A stretch of 64,000 bases of DNA from NCBI GenBank assembly GCA_009392915.1, contig CP045477.1:160001-224000 (forward strand), given 5' to 3'. Shown here one piece after another: positions 1 to 10,115 of this stretch; the stretch's first letter is position 1, and the number at the start of each line of letters is the position of its first letter. The notes under the pieces are model-generated. The model was not told the DNA's origin, made no database searches, and saw only the letters and a program-made list of their open reading frames with translations. Source of the DNA: Candidatus Forterrea multitransposorum CG_2015-17_Forterrea_25_41. GTDB lineage: Archaea > Iainarchaeota > Iainarchaeia > Iainarchaeales > CSSED10-239. A program made the translations under genes and the position numbers.

Positions 1-2480
1 TAGCAGAAATTAAATATTCTCCTAAAGATTTTGATAATCAATCAAAAATTATTCAAGAAGAATTATTTTTTGAAAGTGATTTATTTTCAGATTCATTAAC
101 TCTTCCAATAAACATTATTAAAACAGATTCTGCAATTGTCTACACTTATCCAGATCCAAAAAACTATAATAGCATAAGACTTGAAGTTGAGGAAAATGGT
201 TGGATCTTAAGTAATAGAGTAAATTATCCTTATAGTTTTACAGAAATGGAAGAAGTTTTTACTTTTAATTTAACTGAAGGTGCTTTTGGGTCCTTTAGAT
301 ATACTCTTAATAATTATAATGAAAATTTTGCAGATGTTACTGTTAATTATTTAGATAAAGAAGAATCTTTATCTTTTAGTAATTTTTTACCATCAAGTTA
401 TTTTTCTATAAATGATGGTAATTTTAATACAGATGTTATAAGTAAATTAAATAGAAATAATGGTCATTTAATATTTAACAATTATCAATTATATAATGTT
501 GTGGAAAACAGAAGAAAAAGAAGATTATCAATAAATGATAATTATCAAGATTCTTTAAATGTTTTATCAAGAAAAGAATATTCTTTAGTATATACTCCTT
601 CTTTTTATAATGAAAATAATTTTTATCTTCATTTAAATTCAGGAAAATACTTAAACCCAATAATTAAAGGTAACATGCATTTATTTTATGATGTTGATCC
701 TTTACTTTTCAAAACCATTGATTTGTTTATGATAAATAATGATAATGGTAAATTTTATTTTTCAGAAAACATGGCAAACTATAATTATAGTACAACAAGT
801 TTTCTTCTAGAAAACGATACTCTTAAAATCAATGAAATATATTCTTCAAAAGACTATACTTCTTTCCATATTCTTTTTAAAGATGAAAATGTTCCTATAG
901 TAATTTCAACAGATAGAAAAAATATTCTTTCAACAAACGATCCTTATTTTTATATTTATAAAGATTATTTTATAATGACTTTAAATGGTACTTTAAGAGT
1001 TTATAAAAATAAAAATATAAATATTACAGAAAAAGTAAACACTTATAGTAATTATGATGATAAATTTTTAACATTAACAGGCAGAAATCCTAATTTTGAT
1101 AAAAATCAAAACATTTATTTTACAAATAATCTAAAATTATTTAATGACTATATATATGATGTCTCAACAGCACAAGACCTATCTTTAATTGAACAAAAAG
1201 TATTTTGGGCAAATTCTTTTAAAAAAGCAGACTTAGAAGTTGATGATTGGTTCTCTGAAAATAGTTTTTGTGATTCTAATCTTTTAATGGAAGATTTTAA
1301 TAAAGTTTCAGAAAATCTAAAAAGACTAAATTTTACAATTCTTAAGTACCCTAATCTTAATTTAACTCCTTTTAGTAATGTTTTAGAAAATACTAAAAAC
1401 TATATTATTCCAAGAAACACTTTTACAAAAGAAAATTATGATTTTTTATGTAATTATACAAAAGAAGATTCTTTTAGAAACTATTCTAATATTATTTTAA
1501 ATTCTTCAGAATATTTAAATGATCAAAATAGTTTTATTGAACAACTTTCTTTTTTCCAAACTCCAATCTCTCAAATCTATCCTGGTCCTGATAATTATAA
1601 AGCTAAATATTTATCTGATTATTTTACTTCTTATAAAGAAGGTATTATTTTTATAGATGAAAATAATATTATTAAGGGTGCTTCTTCTCTTAATTTTAAG
1701 GATGATTATTCTTCAGTAATTGATTTCTTTTCAAATTATTTAGTGTTTGACAGATTATCTATCTTTTATCCTGATAATTTAGTTTTTAGTTTTGAAACTT
1801 CTGAAAATTTAGCAACTAGAAATTATATTAGAAATAATTTTTTAAAAGATAAAGAAAAATTATCTCTAAAATTTAAACTTCCAAAAAGAAGTGATGAGTT
1901 AGATGAAGATTATATTTATGAAAGATTTATTTTTCAAGATAGAGTAAATAATTATGTTGGTAATTGTACAAGGTTAAGTTTAGATGTTGCAAGAAAATAT
2001 ATCTATAACAATGTACGTAATTTTTCAGAAGATAACTCTTGGTGGGGTTCAGATTATAGAAGAGAAGATGCTTGGTTTCTTGCAAAAGAAAATCAAGTTA
2101 TTTGGAATCATGAAAATGATCTTCCTTTAAATCAAGAAAATGTTTTTGAAGGTGTTGTTTTAGGGGTCTATATTGGTTCAACAGAATACACTTATAGTCC
2201 TGATTCAACAGTTCTTATTAGAGCTGGAAAAACTTTTAAAGATCTAGAATACACACATACTATGCCATATCTTGATAATTATAAAAATAAAACAGGAATT
2301 ACTCTTAATGCAGGTTCAAGAAGTGTTAGTGTTGAAAACGCTTTTGAGTATACTTCTTCTTATGGAAGAGAATTAAGAGAGATAATTGTTCCTAGAAATT
2401 TTTATGATAATAAAATAAAAGATAAGTATGGTAAAACAGAACTTGATTATGTTAAAGAATATTTAACTTCTTTTGACTAA
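1..2480 (+). CDS. 5'-partial CDS for a large Asn/Tyr-rich hypothetical protein. The reading frame is open from window position 3 with no stop, so the true start lies upstream of the window.
   Basis: The ORF track gives 246..2480. Frame 3 translation of positions 3-245 (AEIKYSPKDFDNQSK...) has no stop and is in phase with 246. The low-complexity N/Y/F-rich composition is typical of DPANN surface proteins. No motif was recognised. Confidence 0.45.
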   Translation, partial: AEIKYSPKDFDNQSKIIQEELFFESDLFSDSLTLPINIIKTDSAIVYTYPDPKNYNSIRLEVEENGWILSNRVNYPYSFTEMEEVFTFNLTEGAFGSFRYTLNNYNENFADVTVNYLDKEESLSFSNFLPSSYFSINDGNFNTDVISKLNRNNGHLIFNNYQLYNVVENRRKRRLSINDNYQDSLNVLSRKEYSLVYTPSFYNENNFYLHLNSGKYLNPIIKGNMHLFYDVDPLLFKTIDLFMINNDNGKFYFSENMANYNYSTTSFLLENDTLKINEIYSSKDYTSFHILFKDENVPIVISTDRKNILSTNDPYFYIYKDYFIMTLNGTLRVYKNKNINITEKVNTYSNYDDKFLTLTGRNPNFDKNQNIYFTNNLKLFNDYIYDVSTAQDLSLIEQKVFWANSFKKADLEVDDWFSENSFCDSNLLMEDFNKVSENLKRLNFTILKYPNLNLTPFSNVLENTKNYIIPRNTFTKENYDFLCNYTKEDSFRNYSNIILNSSEYLNDQNSFIEQLSFFQTPISQIYPGPDNYKAKYLSDYFTSYKEGIIFIDENNIIKGASSLNFKDDYSSVIDFFSNYLVFDRLSIFYPDNLVFSFETSENLATRNYIRNNFLKDKEKLSLKFKLPKRSDELDEDYIYERFIFQDRVNNYVGNCTRLSLDVARKYIYNNVRNFSEDNSWWGSDYRREDAWFLAKENQVIWNHENDLPLNQENVFEGVVLGVYIGSTEYTYSPDSTVLIRAGKTFKDLEYTHTMPYLDNYKNKTGITLNAGSRSVSVENAFEYTSSYGRELREIIVPRNFYDNKIKDKYGKTELDYVKEYLTSFD

Positions 2481-2494
2481 ATATGTGATTTATA

Positions 2495-3484
2495 ATGAAA
2501 AAAATAATATCTTTAGGAATTGAATCAACTGCACATACTTTTGGTGTAGGGATTATTGATAATTCAGGAAAGATTTATGCAAATGTTAAAAAACAGTATA
2601 CTGCTGAGACAAAAGGAGAAGGTATTAGACCTTATGATGCATCTGTTTTTCACTTTCAAAACGCAATAGATGTTCTAAAACAAGCCTTAAGTGAATCAAA
2701 TTTAACTATTGATGATATTAATGTAATTTCTTTTGCAAGAAGTCCAGGTCTAGGACCTTGTTTGTCTGTAGGAGCAACTTTTGCAAGAAGTTTATCCTTA
2801 AAATACAATAAACCAATAGTTGGTGTAAACCACTGTGTTGCTCATTTAGAGATTGGAAAAACTTTAATGAAAGCAAAAGATCCTCTTTTCATATACACTT
2901 CTGGTGCAAACACACAAATAATTGCAAAAGACAATAAAAGATATAAGATATTAGGTGAAACTTTAGATATTGGTCTTGGAAATCTTTTTGATTCTTTTGC
3001 AAGAGATTTAGGTTTTGGTTTTCCAGGAGGACCTATTTTAGATAAAATGTATTTTCAGTCAAATAATTATATTCTTCTTCCATATTCTGTTAAAGGCATG
3101 GATATTGTTTTTTCTGGTCTTTTAACTTCTTCAAGAAAATTAATTGGAAAAGTAAAAACTGAAGATTTAGTTTATTCATTTATGCATACTGCTTATGCTA
3201 TGGTTTTAGAAGTTTGTGAAAGAGCATTATCTTATACAAATAAAAAAGAGATTATGGTTATTGGTGGTGTTGCAGCTTCAAAGGCTTTAAAAGAAATGCT
3301 TGAAAGTTTTTCAAAACAAAGAAATATTAAATTATTTATTCCTCCTGTTTCAGTTTGTCTTGATAATGGTGCTATGATTGCAGACTTAGGTTTAAAGCAT
3401 TTTATTTATGATAAAAAACAAAAAATGAAAGATACAGTTATTAATCCAGAAGAAAGAACTGATCAAATAATTATTAATTGGTGA
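2495..3484 (+). CDS. kae1: tRNA N6-adenosine threonylcarbamoyltransferase Kae1 (t6A synthesis; Kae1/TsaD/Qri7 family)
   Basis: The N-terminus GIESTAHTFGVGII..., the metal-binding motif NHCVAHLEIGK and the C-terminal IGGVAASKALKEML are present. Length 329 aa, with no fused Bud32 domain. Confidence 0.85.
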   Translation: MKKIISLGIESTAHTFGVGIIDNSGKIYANVKKQYTAETKGEGIRPYDASVFHFQNAIDVLKQALSESNLTIDDINVISFARSPGLGPCLSVGATFARSLSLKYNKPIVGVNHCVAHLEIGKTLMKAKDPLFIYTSGANTQIIAKDNKRYKILGETLDIGLGNLFDSFARDLGFGFPGGPILDKMYFQSNNYILLPYSVKGMDIVFSGLLTSSRKLIGKVKTEDLVYSFMHTAYAMVLEVCERALSYTNKKEIMVIGGVAASKALKEMLESFSKQRNIKLFIPPVSVCLDNGAMIADLGLKHFIYDKKQKMKDTVINPEERTDQIIINW

Positions 3485-3637
3485 ATATTAAATATGTTTA
3501 AAAGAATTAAATTTAAAACAAAAGATTTTTTTAATAACACTTCTTTAGGAGTTTCTTTAAGAGAGAGAAAACTTAAAAAAATTAGAGAAGAAAGATTAAA
3601 GGAAGAAAAATTAAAAAGAGATTTAAAGAAATAATAT

Positions 3638-4396
3638 TTATTTTTTTTTACTTTTAAAAATAATTGTAGGTCCAATTAATCTTACTAATTTTAATGGATA
3701 TACTTTTTTCCAGAAGTTTTTTGTCCATCCTTTTTCTATTTTTTCATCAAATGGTTCAATTATTTCTTCAACAATAAAGTTATTATCTACAAGGCATTTA
3801 TAAGTCTCACTAATTTTATGTGTGTACGCTATAAATTCTATTTTACTTCCATCTGGTCTAATTGTTTCTTGACTACATATTTTTAGTTTGTTGTAGTTTA
3901 AAACTAGTTTAGATGTTTTAGGATCTAAGCTTGAATAGAAAGGATGATCAAAACTAAAAACAAATAATCCATTTTTTTTTAAAACTCTGTTAACTTCTTT
4001 AAAACATTTTTTTAAATTAGGTATATACTGAAGTGCAAAAGCAGAAAAAACTATATCGTAACTATTTGATTTTATACCTTCAAGGTTTTGGATATTTTTT
4101 GTTGAAAAATCAACATTTACTTTTTCTTTTTTTGCAAGTTCTTTTGCATATTTTATTTGTTCTACACAAATATCTAATCCTTTACAAACTGCACCTCTTT
4201 TTGCAAAAGCAATTGAACATTGTCCTCCTCCACACCCAATTTCTAGAATCTTTTTGTTTTTTATATTTCCTAGTAATTTAAGTTTATCTTCGTGAGGCGC
4301 ATATGGTCCATAATGAGCATAGCTTGTACTTATTGTTGATTTTTCTTGATATTTTTTAGAAGATGCTTCCCAATATTTTTTAATTTTTTTAATCAT
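3638..4396 (-). CDS. Class I SAM-dependent methyltransferase
   Basis: Motif I ILEIGCGGGQCSIAFAKRG is followed by an acidic loop DICVEQI and a post-I D/N-x-F pattern. 252 aa. Confidence 0.7.
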   Translation of the reverse strand: MIKKIKKYWEASSKKYQEKSTISTSYAHYGPYAPHEDKLKLLGNIKNKKILEIGCGGGQCSIAFAKRGAVCKGLDICVEQIKYAKELAKKEKVNVDFSTKNIQNLEGIKSNSYDIVFSAFALQYIPNLKKCFKEVNRVLKKNGLFVFSFDHPFYSSLDPKTSKLVLNYNKLKICSQETIRPDGSKIEFIAYTHKISETYKCLVDNNFIVEEIIEPFDEKIEKGWTKNFWKKVYPLKLVRLIGPTIIFKSKKK

Positions 4397-4403
4397 ATTA
4401 ATT

Positions 4404-4970
4404 CTATTCTTTATAAGTCTCTTTATATCTTTTTAATGCTCTTAAAATTTCTTTTTGAGCCTCTTTTCTACCTTTTATTCCCATAATTGTGGATTTTTTT
4501 CCTTGAAGTTCTTTATATGTTTCAAAGAAATGTCTAATCTCTAAAATAACATGATCACTAAAGTCTTTAATATCCATTCTCTTATCCATTCTAGGGTCTG
4601 TTGAATGAACTGCAATTATTTTTTCATCTTTTTCATTATTGTCAACCATAAACATTACACCTATAGGTTTTGCTTTAACAATAACTCCTGGTGCTACAGG
4701 ATAATTTGAGATAATAATAATATCAAGTGGATCATTATCTTCAGATAAAGTTTGTGGAATAAAACCATAGTCTCCAGGATAATGTACTGCAGAATAAAGT
4801 ACTCTATCAAGTTTTATATGTCCTGAATCTTTATCAAGTTCGTATTTTAAGATACTACTTTTTGGAACTTCAATAAAAGCTGTTACTTCTTCAGGTATAT
4901 TTTCTCCAGGGCTAAGTTCATGCCATGGGTGTTGTACATGTTTTATTTTCTTATTCATTTTTTCTCGCAT
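4404..4970 (-). CDS. ppa: Family I inorganic pyrophosphatase
   Basis: HPWHELSPGENIPEEV...IEVPKSS..KYELDKDSG..KLDRVLYSAVHYPGDYGFIPQTL.EDNDPLDIII is the classic soluble PPase signature. Confidence 0.9.
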   Translation of the reverse strand: MREKMNKKIKHVQHPWHELSPGENIPEEVTAFIEVPKSSILKYELDKDSGHIKLDRVLYSAVHYPGDYGFIPQTLSEDNDPLDIIIISNYPVAPGVIVKAKPIGVMFMVDNNEKDEKIIAVHSTDPRMDKRMDIKDFSDHVILEIRHFFETYKELQGKKSTIMGIKGRKEAQKEILRALKRYKETYKE

Positions 4971-5059
4971 TTTTTATTTATTTTAGTAATATATAATATA
5001 TATCTATAATTTTATAAACAAATAGTTTTTTTAAAGAAAAAATCTGTTTTTAAACTTAT

Positions 5060-5455
5060 TTGTCTTTACATATTATATTTAAGAATATTTATTTTAATTA
5101 TAAAAGGGAGAGATATAATATGGAATATGTCTTTAAGATTGAAAAAAAAGTAACACATATGGAAAGTCCTTCTAGAAATACTTTAGAAGAAAACACAATA
5201 GCTGTAGAAATTAATGATTCTTTTGAAGAAGATGGTAATGATGGTCATGTTTTTAAATTATTGTCTGCAAATGGAAAAGATGCATGCTTAGAGTATGATA
5301 GACATTATTTAGTTAAAAATGAACATAAAGGTTATGAGTTTAATACAGACTTAATAATTAACCAACCAAAACAAATAACTTCAATGTGGGGTCCTAAACA
5401 AATAACTTATACTTTAACTTATTTAGGAATCTACGGTGAACATTTTAAAGAATAA
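5060..5455 (+). CDS. Hypothetical protein (131 aa)
   Basis: Intact ORF in a dense gene context. No recognisable motif. Confidence 0.35.
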   Translation: MSLHIIFKNIYFNYKRERYNMEYVFKIEKKVTHMESPSRNTLEENTIAVEINDSFEEDGNDGHVFKLLSANGKDACLEYDRHYLVKNEHKGYEFNTDLIINQPKQITSMWGPKQITYTLTYLGIYGEHFKE

Positions 5456-5457
5456 AT

Positions 5458-5805
5458 ATGTATAAACAAATAATTCTTGTAAGAAATGATTTAAAGCTTG
5501 GAAAAGGCAAGATTGCTGCCCAAGCTTCTCATGCATCTTTAGAAAGTTATCTTTTAACTTCAAGAAAAACTCCTTCTATTGCAGAAAATTGGCTTTCTGA
5601 AGGTCAAAAGAAAGTTGTTTTAAAAGTTGAAAGTAGAGAAGAACTTTTAAAAGTCTTTCAAGAAGTAAAATCTTATTTTCCTGCAGTCTTAATTAAAGAT
5701 GCAGCTCATACACAATTAAAGGAACCTGATTTTACTTGTGTTGGTGTTGGTCCTATTAAGGAATTTGAAATTGATAAGTTTACAAAAAGATATAAGTTAT
5801 TATGA
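5458..5805 (+). CDS. pth2: Archaeal-type peptidyl-tRNA hydrolase (PTH2)
   Basis: LGKGKIAAQASHASLESY and the C-terminal block match the PTH2 family. 115 aa. Translationally coupled to flanking genes. Confidence 0.85.
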   Translation: MYKQIILVRNDLKLGKGKIAAQASHASLESYLLTSRKTPSIAENWLSEGQKKVVLKVESREELLKVFQEVKSYFPAVLIKDAAHTQLKEPDFTCVGVGPIKEFEIDKFTKRYKLL

Positions 5806-6320
5806 ATGAAATAAAATATAAACTAATAGATTATAATAATTTTTCAGAACTTACAAAAGAAACTTTAATACAAGTACATGATATTTTAAAAAAAGAAGCT
5901 TCCTGGAACGATACTTTTTCTGAATTTAAAAAAAGATATACAAAAAGTAATTTTAAGAATACTAAGTTATTTTTAGTTTTTGAAAGTACAAAACTTGCAG
6001 GCTTTATTGAAGGTTATTCTATAGGGGATAAAGAGTTTTATGCAAGATCTTTTTATGTTTCTTCAGAGTTTAGAAATAAAAATATTGGAACAAAGTTAAA
6101 GGGTAGAGTTTTAGCTCATTTAAAAAAATTAGGTTATAAAAAATATTCAGATGGTTTAGTTGTAAATCCTTTAGTTTCAAAAATAAGTGATAATCTTATT
6201 AAAAGAAGAAAAAAAGATTCTTTAAAAAAACAACCTAAATTAACTTTTCCTTATGGTTTTAAAGATAAGGGAAGTATTTTGTTTAAAAATATTAAAAAAA
6301 GAAAGCCTGGTAAAAAATAA
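5802..6320 (+). CDS. Putative GNAT-family N-acetyltransferase
   Basis: FYVSSEFRNKNIGTKLKGRVLAHLKKLGY resembles GNAT motif A (R/Q-x-x-G-x-G/A). The start overlaps the pth2 stop by 4 nt. Confidence 0.45.
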   Translation: MNEIKYKLIDYNNFSELTKETLIQVHDILKKEASWNDTFSEFKKRYTKSNFKNTKLFLVFESTKLAGFIEGYSIGDKEFYARSFYVSSEFRNKNIGTKLKGRVLAHLKKLGYKKYSDGLVVNPLVSKISDNLIKRRKKDSLKKQPKLTFPYGFKDKGSILFKNIKKRKPGKK

Positions 6321-6326
6321 AATTTA

Positions 6327-6461
6327 TATTGCATCTTTTCTATTTTTAAGTTCTGATAAGGCTTTTATTGCATTTTCATAAAGAATTCTATTTTTTAATC
6401 CTTTTTCTTTTAACATATCTCTTTTAAGGCTTGCAATTACTTCTTCAAGTTCTAAAAACAT
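6327..6461 (-). CDS. Possible small ORF (45 aa, MFLELEEVIASLKRDMLKEKGLKNRILYENAIKALSELKNRKDAI) beginning 3 nt after the hjc stop
   Basis: It is below the ORF-track size cutoff. The ATG at 6461 is read on the minus strand directly after the hjc TAA, suggesting translational coupling. No homology recognised. Confidence 0.2.
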
Positions 6462-6464
6462 AGT

Positions 6465-6869
6465 TTATCTATCCTCTTTTTTTTGTTTAATAAAATCATT
6501 AAAAATTAATCCTTTTTGAATAATTTCTTCTTTTTTTATAGAAAATGCTTTTTTTGTTTTATTTAGTTTACTAAAATGGACAAAATACCATTTTTTACCA
6601 GTTAGTCTCCAAGCAATATATGCTTTATGTCCTGATATTTTTTCCCAAGTCTCAAGCTCTTTTATCTGTTCTTCTCTAATATTTAGATATTCCCCTGATT
6701 TTGTCTTACATTCAATTGCAAAACCTATATTGTCTTTAATAACAATAATATCAGGTGTAGGAAGAGTAGAAGATCCTGAGCCTGCAACTCTTGCAGCCAT
6801 AAAACCAATGTCAAAGAACATAAAAAGAAGCTCTCTTTCTGCGTTTGACCCTTTTTTCTTATGCTGCAT
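6465..6869 (-). CDS. hjc: Holliday junction resolvase Hjc
   Basis: GSNAERELLFMFFDIGFMAARVAGSG...PDIIVIKDN.GFAIECKTKSG is the archaeal Hjc catalytic core (E..D..E.K). Confidence 0.8.
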   Translation of the reverse strand: MQHKKKGSNAERELLFMFFDIGFMAARVAGSGSSTLPTPDIIVIKDNIGFAIECKTKSGEYLNIREEQIKELETWEKISGHKAYIAWRLTGKKWYFVHFSKLNKTKKAFSIKKEEIIQKGLIFNDFIKQKKEDR

Positions 6870-7128
6870 GTATGTTTTTCACATTTAATCTATTATATAA
6901 ATATAATATAGAACAATAATGTTTATATATAGTTTGATACTATATATTTTATAGTAGAGAATATATTTGTTTTTAGATATAAGATGTTCTACAGTTTATT
7001 ATTAAATTATAAATTAAACATAAATTATTAAAAAGAAGAAAAGTACTTTTAAAAAAATAAAAGAACTTTTTTATAAAAAAACTTAAACAATTAAATTAAT
7101 CTTTTAAAAGTTATTTAAAATAAATAGT

Positions 7129-7362
7129 ATGACTAAAAATTTACAGTTAAAAGCAGGCGAAATTATTGAAGTTACTGTGGTATGTAATTCAAAGTTTCAA
7201 GAGATTCAGAAGTTATCAGAAATTTACAAAATAAGGCTTAAATCACAAGCTATTAAAGGAAAAGCCAATAAAGAGTTAAAGGAATATTTTAAGTCTTTAG
7301 GGTATTTAGTAGAAATAGTTAAAGGAGAAAGGTCAAACCATAAGTATATTAAAATTTTATAG
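7129..7362 (+). CDS. DUF167 (YggU/UPF0235) family small protein
   Basis: IRLKSQAIKGKANKELKEYFKSLGYLVEIVKGERSNHKYIKI matches the DUF167 pattern (KG.AN..L..FL...L......I..G..S..K.I.I). Confidence 0.55.
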   Translation: MTKNLQLKAGEIIEVTVVCNSKFQEIQKLSEIYKIRLKSQAIKGKANKELKEYFKSLGYLVEIVKGERSNHKYIKIL

Positions 7363-7515
7363 TTTGGTTTTTTATTTAAGTATTTCATAGTTTTTTTATA
7401 AAAAAATATTTGTTTTTTTAAAATCATTTGTTTTCTTTAAAAGATTTTTATTTCTTTTAACAAAAATCTTCTTTTTTTTAGTTTATAGAGAAAATACATT
7501 ACAGGTGATTTTAAA

Positions 7516-9327
7516 ATGGGTAAAACTTATTTAGAAACAATTAAATATTTAATTGTTGCAGATTTTCAAGTAGATGGTTTAGTTGAAAAACCAGATGTTA
7601 TTGGTGCTATTTTTGGACAATCTGAAGGTCTTTTAGGTTCACAACTTGATATTAAAGAACTTCAACAGAATGGAAAAATAGGAAGAATAGAAATTACAAC
7701 TAGTCATAATAACAATAAAACTTTTGGAACTTTAAAACTTCCATGTTCTCTTTCAATGGTTGAAACTGTAATCATAGGTGCATCTATTGAATCTATTGAT
7801 AAAGTTGGTCCATGTGACACTAGATTTACTATTAAGAAAGTAGAAGATACAAGAGGACTTAAAAGAAAACAAATTAAAGATAGAGCAATTGATCTTTTAG
7901 GAAAATTAATGCAAGAAGAAATTCCTGACACAAAAGAGCTTATGGAAGAAATTGTTGATACTTTTAAAACAAAAGAAATTGTTTTTTATGGTCCAGATAA
8001 ACTTCCAGCAGGCCCAACAATTGATGCAAATAAAGAAATTATTATTGTTGAAGGAAGAGCAGATGTAATAACTATGTTAAAATATGGATTTACAAATGTT
8101 ATTTCAACTGGTGGTGCTAGAGTTCCAGCTTCTCTTGCAAATATTTGTAAAGATAAAATGGTAACTTTATTTTTAGATGGAGATAGAGGTGCTGATATTC
8201 AACAAAATCAACTTGTAAGAGCAATTAAAGTTGATTATATTGCAAGAGCTCCAGATGGAAAAGAAGTTGAAGAATTAACACAAAAAGAAATTAATCAAGC
8301 ACTTAGAAGAAGAATTAAATCAACTTTTGTTTTAGATTTAAAAGATAAAAGTAAAGATGATAGAAATTCTAAAAGTTTTTCAACTCAACCAAATATTGTT
8401 AAAAATACTAAATTTTCAACAACAAATGATCATAAAGTAATTTCTTCAAGACCAAGCTTTGATTCAAGACCTAAGTTTGATGGAAATAGAAGAGATGATA
8501 GAAGAGATGATAGAAGAGATGATAGGTTTAAAGAAAAACCTGTAAATGATTTTTCAAGTATGCTTTCAAATATTCCTGATGTTGAAAGAATTGATGTTTC
8601 TAATGAAAGATCTAACTTTAGAGATAATAATAGAAATAAACATAATTCATTTCAAAAAGAAAGACCAAACTATGATAGAAACTCTAAATTTGATTCTTCT
8701 AAAAAGACTTTTGATTCTAAAAAGACTTTTGATTCAAGAAAACCTTTTGACTCAAAAAATAATTTAGAGGCTGATAAAGCATTAAATAAACCTTCTCAAA
8801 CTAAAATAACTTTAAAAGATAGACTTGAGAGTGCTTTAAAAGAATTTGATAGTAAATCACAAGGAGATAAGTCTTTAAAAGAAAGTGTTTCTGAATCTAT
8901 TGATAAAAAAATAAATACTTCTCTAAAAACTGAAGCTTCTTATCCTGTAAAAGCAGCTGAAGCTTTAAATAAACCAAAAGAAGAAGTTAAAGTAGAGGTT
9001 AAAAAGAAAAAACCTCTTGCAAAGATTACAGAAAAAAGTAAAAAGAATTTTTTAAAGATTCTAGAAGAAGTTGATGGTAAAGGACAATCTAGAATTTTAA
9101 ATGAAAAATTAAGAAGGATAGGAAGTTCAAAGAGTAGTGAACTTTTATCTAAAATAAAATCTTTTAAAACTGGTAAGATTTTTGCAGTTGTAACTGATCT
9201 TGAAGTTGATGTTGAGATTTTAAAACTTTTAAAAGAAAAAGATGCTTCTTTTATTGTTTCTCCAAAATCTAAAATTAAAGAAGATCAAGAGATAAACATT
9301 GTAACTTACAATGAATTAAAGAAATAG
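7516..9327 (+). CDS. dnaG: Archaeal DNA primase DnaG (Toprim domain) with a long low-complexity repeat-rich C-terminal half
   Basis: The N-terminal MGKTYLETIKYLIVADFQVDGLVEKPDVIGAIFGQSEGLLG and the Toprim block IIVEGRADVITMLKYGF...LFLDGDRGADI are characteristic. Internal repeats RRDDRRDDRRDDR and KKTFDSKKTFDSRKPFDSK. Confidence 0.8.
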   Translation: MGKTYLETIKYLIVADFQVDGLVEKPDVIGAIFGQSEGLLGSQLDIKELQQNGKIGRIEITTSHNNNKTFGTLKLPCSLSMVETVIIGASIESIDKVGPCDTRFTIKKVEDTRGLKRKQIKDRAIDLLGKLMQEEIPDTKELMEEIVDTFKTKEIVFYGPDKLPAGPTIDANKEIIIVEGRADVITMLKYGFTNVISTGGARVPASLANICKDKMVTLFLDGDRGADIQQNQLVRAIKVDYIARAPDGKEVEELTQKEINQALRRRIKSTFVLDLKDKSKDDRNSKSFSTQPNIVKNTKFSTTNDHKVISSRPSFDSRPKFDGNRRDDRRDDRRDDRFKEKPVNDFSSMLSNIPDVERIDVSNERSNFRDNNRNKHNSFQKERPNYDRNSKFDSSKKTFDSKKTFDSRKPFDSKNNLEADKALNKPSQTKITLKDRLESALKEFDSKSQGDKSLKESVSESIDKKINTSLKTEASYPVKAAEALNKPKEEVKVEVKKKKPLAKITEKSKKNFLKILEEVDGKGQSRILNEKLRRIGSSKSSELLSKIKSFKTGKIFAVVTDLEVDVEILKLLKEKDASFIVSPKSKIKEDQEINIVTYNELKK

Positions 9328-9360
9328 TTTTTTTTAAAAAAATAAAAAAAAAGAAAGAAA

Positions 9361-9789
9361 TTATTTCTTTTTCTTTCTTACTACTTTTTTCTTTTTAGTA
9401 GTTGGTTTTACAATTGCTTTAACTTTTGTTTCTTTTACTTTTTTTGTTTCTGTTTTATTTCTTTTACTTGAGATATATAAAAAGTCTCCAAGTATTATTA
9501 AAAGAACAGCAAGTAAAACATTAATTATTTGTCTTATATAGATTTTAAGGTATTGTCCTGTTGTAAACTCTACTTGGTTTGTTCTAATTGCAATTCCAAG
9601 TCCTTCAGATACATTTTCTTTACAGATATCTAATACTTCTGGTTGATATTTTGAAACTTCAATACAGTTACTATATTGGTCCATAAAGTCTATATCGTTA
9701 AAAATATTAGTAATTGATAAAAGTAAGAAAAATATACCAAAAACAAATATAAAAGCTCCAATTACTTTTAAAATATTATTTTTTTCCAT
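9361..9789 (-). CDS. Hypothetical membrane protein with two TM segments and a Lys-rich tail
   Basis: Hydrophobic segments VIGAFIFVFGIFFLLL and INVLLAVLLIILGDFL, then a C-terminal KKKKVVRKKKK tail. Confidence 0.4.
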   Translation of the reverse strand: MEKNNILKVIGAFIFVFGIFFLLLSITNIFNDIDFMDQYSNCIEVSKYQPEVLDICKENVSEGLGIAIRTNQVEFTTGQYLKIYIRQIINVLLAVLLIILGDFLYISSKRNKTETKKVKETKVKAIVKPTTKKKKVVRKKKK

Positions 9790-9968
9790 TTTTAAATCAC
9801 CTTTTTATTATAAACTATAATAATACATAAGATTATAGTTTATTTAAATCTTTTGTTTTTGTATAGATCTTTTGTGTATAATAAAAAGAAATACCTTTTT
9901 ATATCTTTTCTATATTAAATATATTACTTAAAATCTTTTTTTAAAAAGCAAAAGATTAAATCAAAAAA

Positions 9969-10041
9969 GGTTCTGTGGTCTAGTGGTTATGATATCGCCC
10001 TTACAAGGCGAGGATCGGCGGTTCGAATCCGCCCAGAACCA
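9969..10041 (+). tRNA. tRNA-Val (anticodon TAC)
   Basis: Hand-folded. Acceptor GGTTCTG/CAGAACC, anticodon arm TCGCC-CTTACAA-GGCGA, T-arm GGCGG-TTCGAAT-CCGCC, discriminator A. Confidence 0.85.
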
Positions 10042-10115
10042 CTTTTTAAAATCTCTTTTTATTAAAAATATAATATTAATTTATTTTATAAATATTATGG
10101 TATACTATTTTTCTT

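Noticed and set aside
475-660. Many short ORF-track entries on the opposite strand of long genes (for example 475-660, 3463-3675, 4033-4281, 7224-7427, 7704-7931, 8546-8767, 11726-11926, 12583-12849, 13162-13377, 13717-13902, 13910-14164, 15503-15694, 17436-17663, 17771-17980, 18440-18643, 19453-19638, 22446-22656, 23802-24008, 27897-28085, 31703-31891, 38810-39103, 47480-47665, 51257-51715, 54326-54961, 57126-57530, 57657-57899, 61363-61629)
   Set aside because: Each lies inside or antisense to a longer, motif-supported gene. In a ~28% GC genome, stop-free antisense frames of 60-100 codons are expected by chance, and their translations are low-complexity I/L/F/K-rich.
3494-3634. 46-aa basic ORF (MFKRIKFKTKDFFNNTSLGVSLRERKLKKIREERLKEEKLKRDLKK) in the convergent gap between kae1 and the methyltransferase
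   Set aside because: It could be a real small basic protein. It has no supporting motif or obvious promoter and is below the ORF-track threshold. I noted it but did not call it.
8460-8760. RRDDRRDDRRDD and KKTFDSKKTFDSRKPFDSK repeats in dnaG considered as a separate repeat or mobile feature
   Set aside because: They are in frame and internal to the primase CDS. They represent low-complexity linker expansion, not an independent element.
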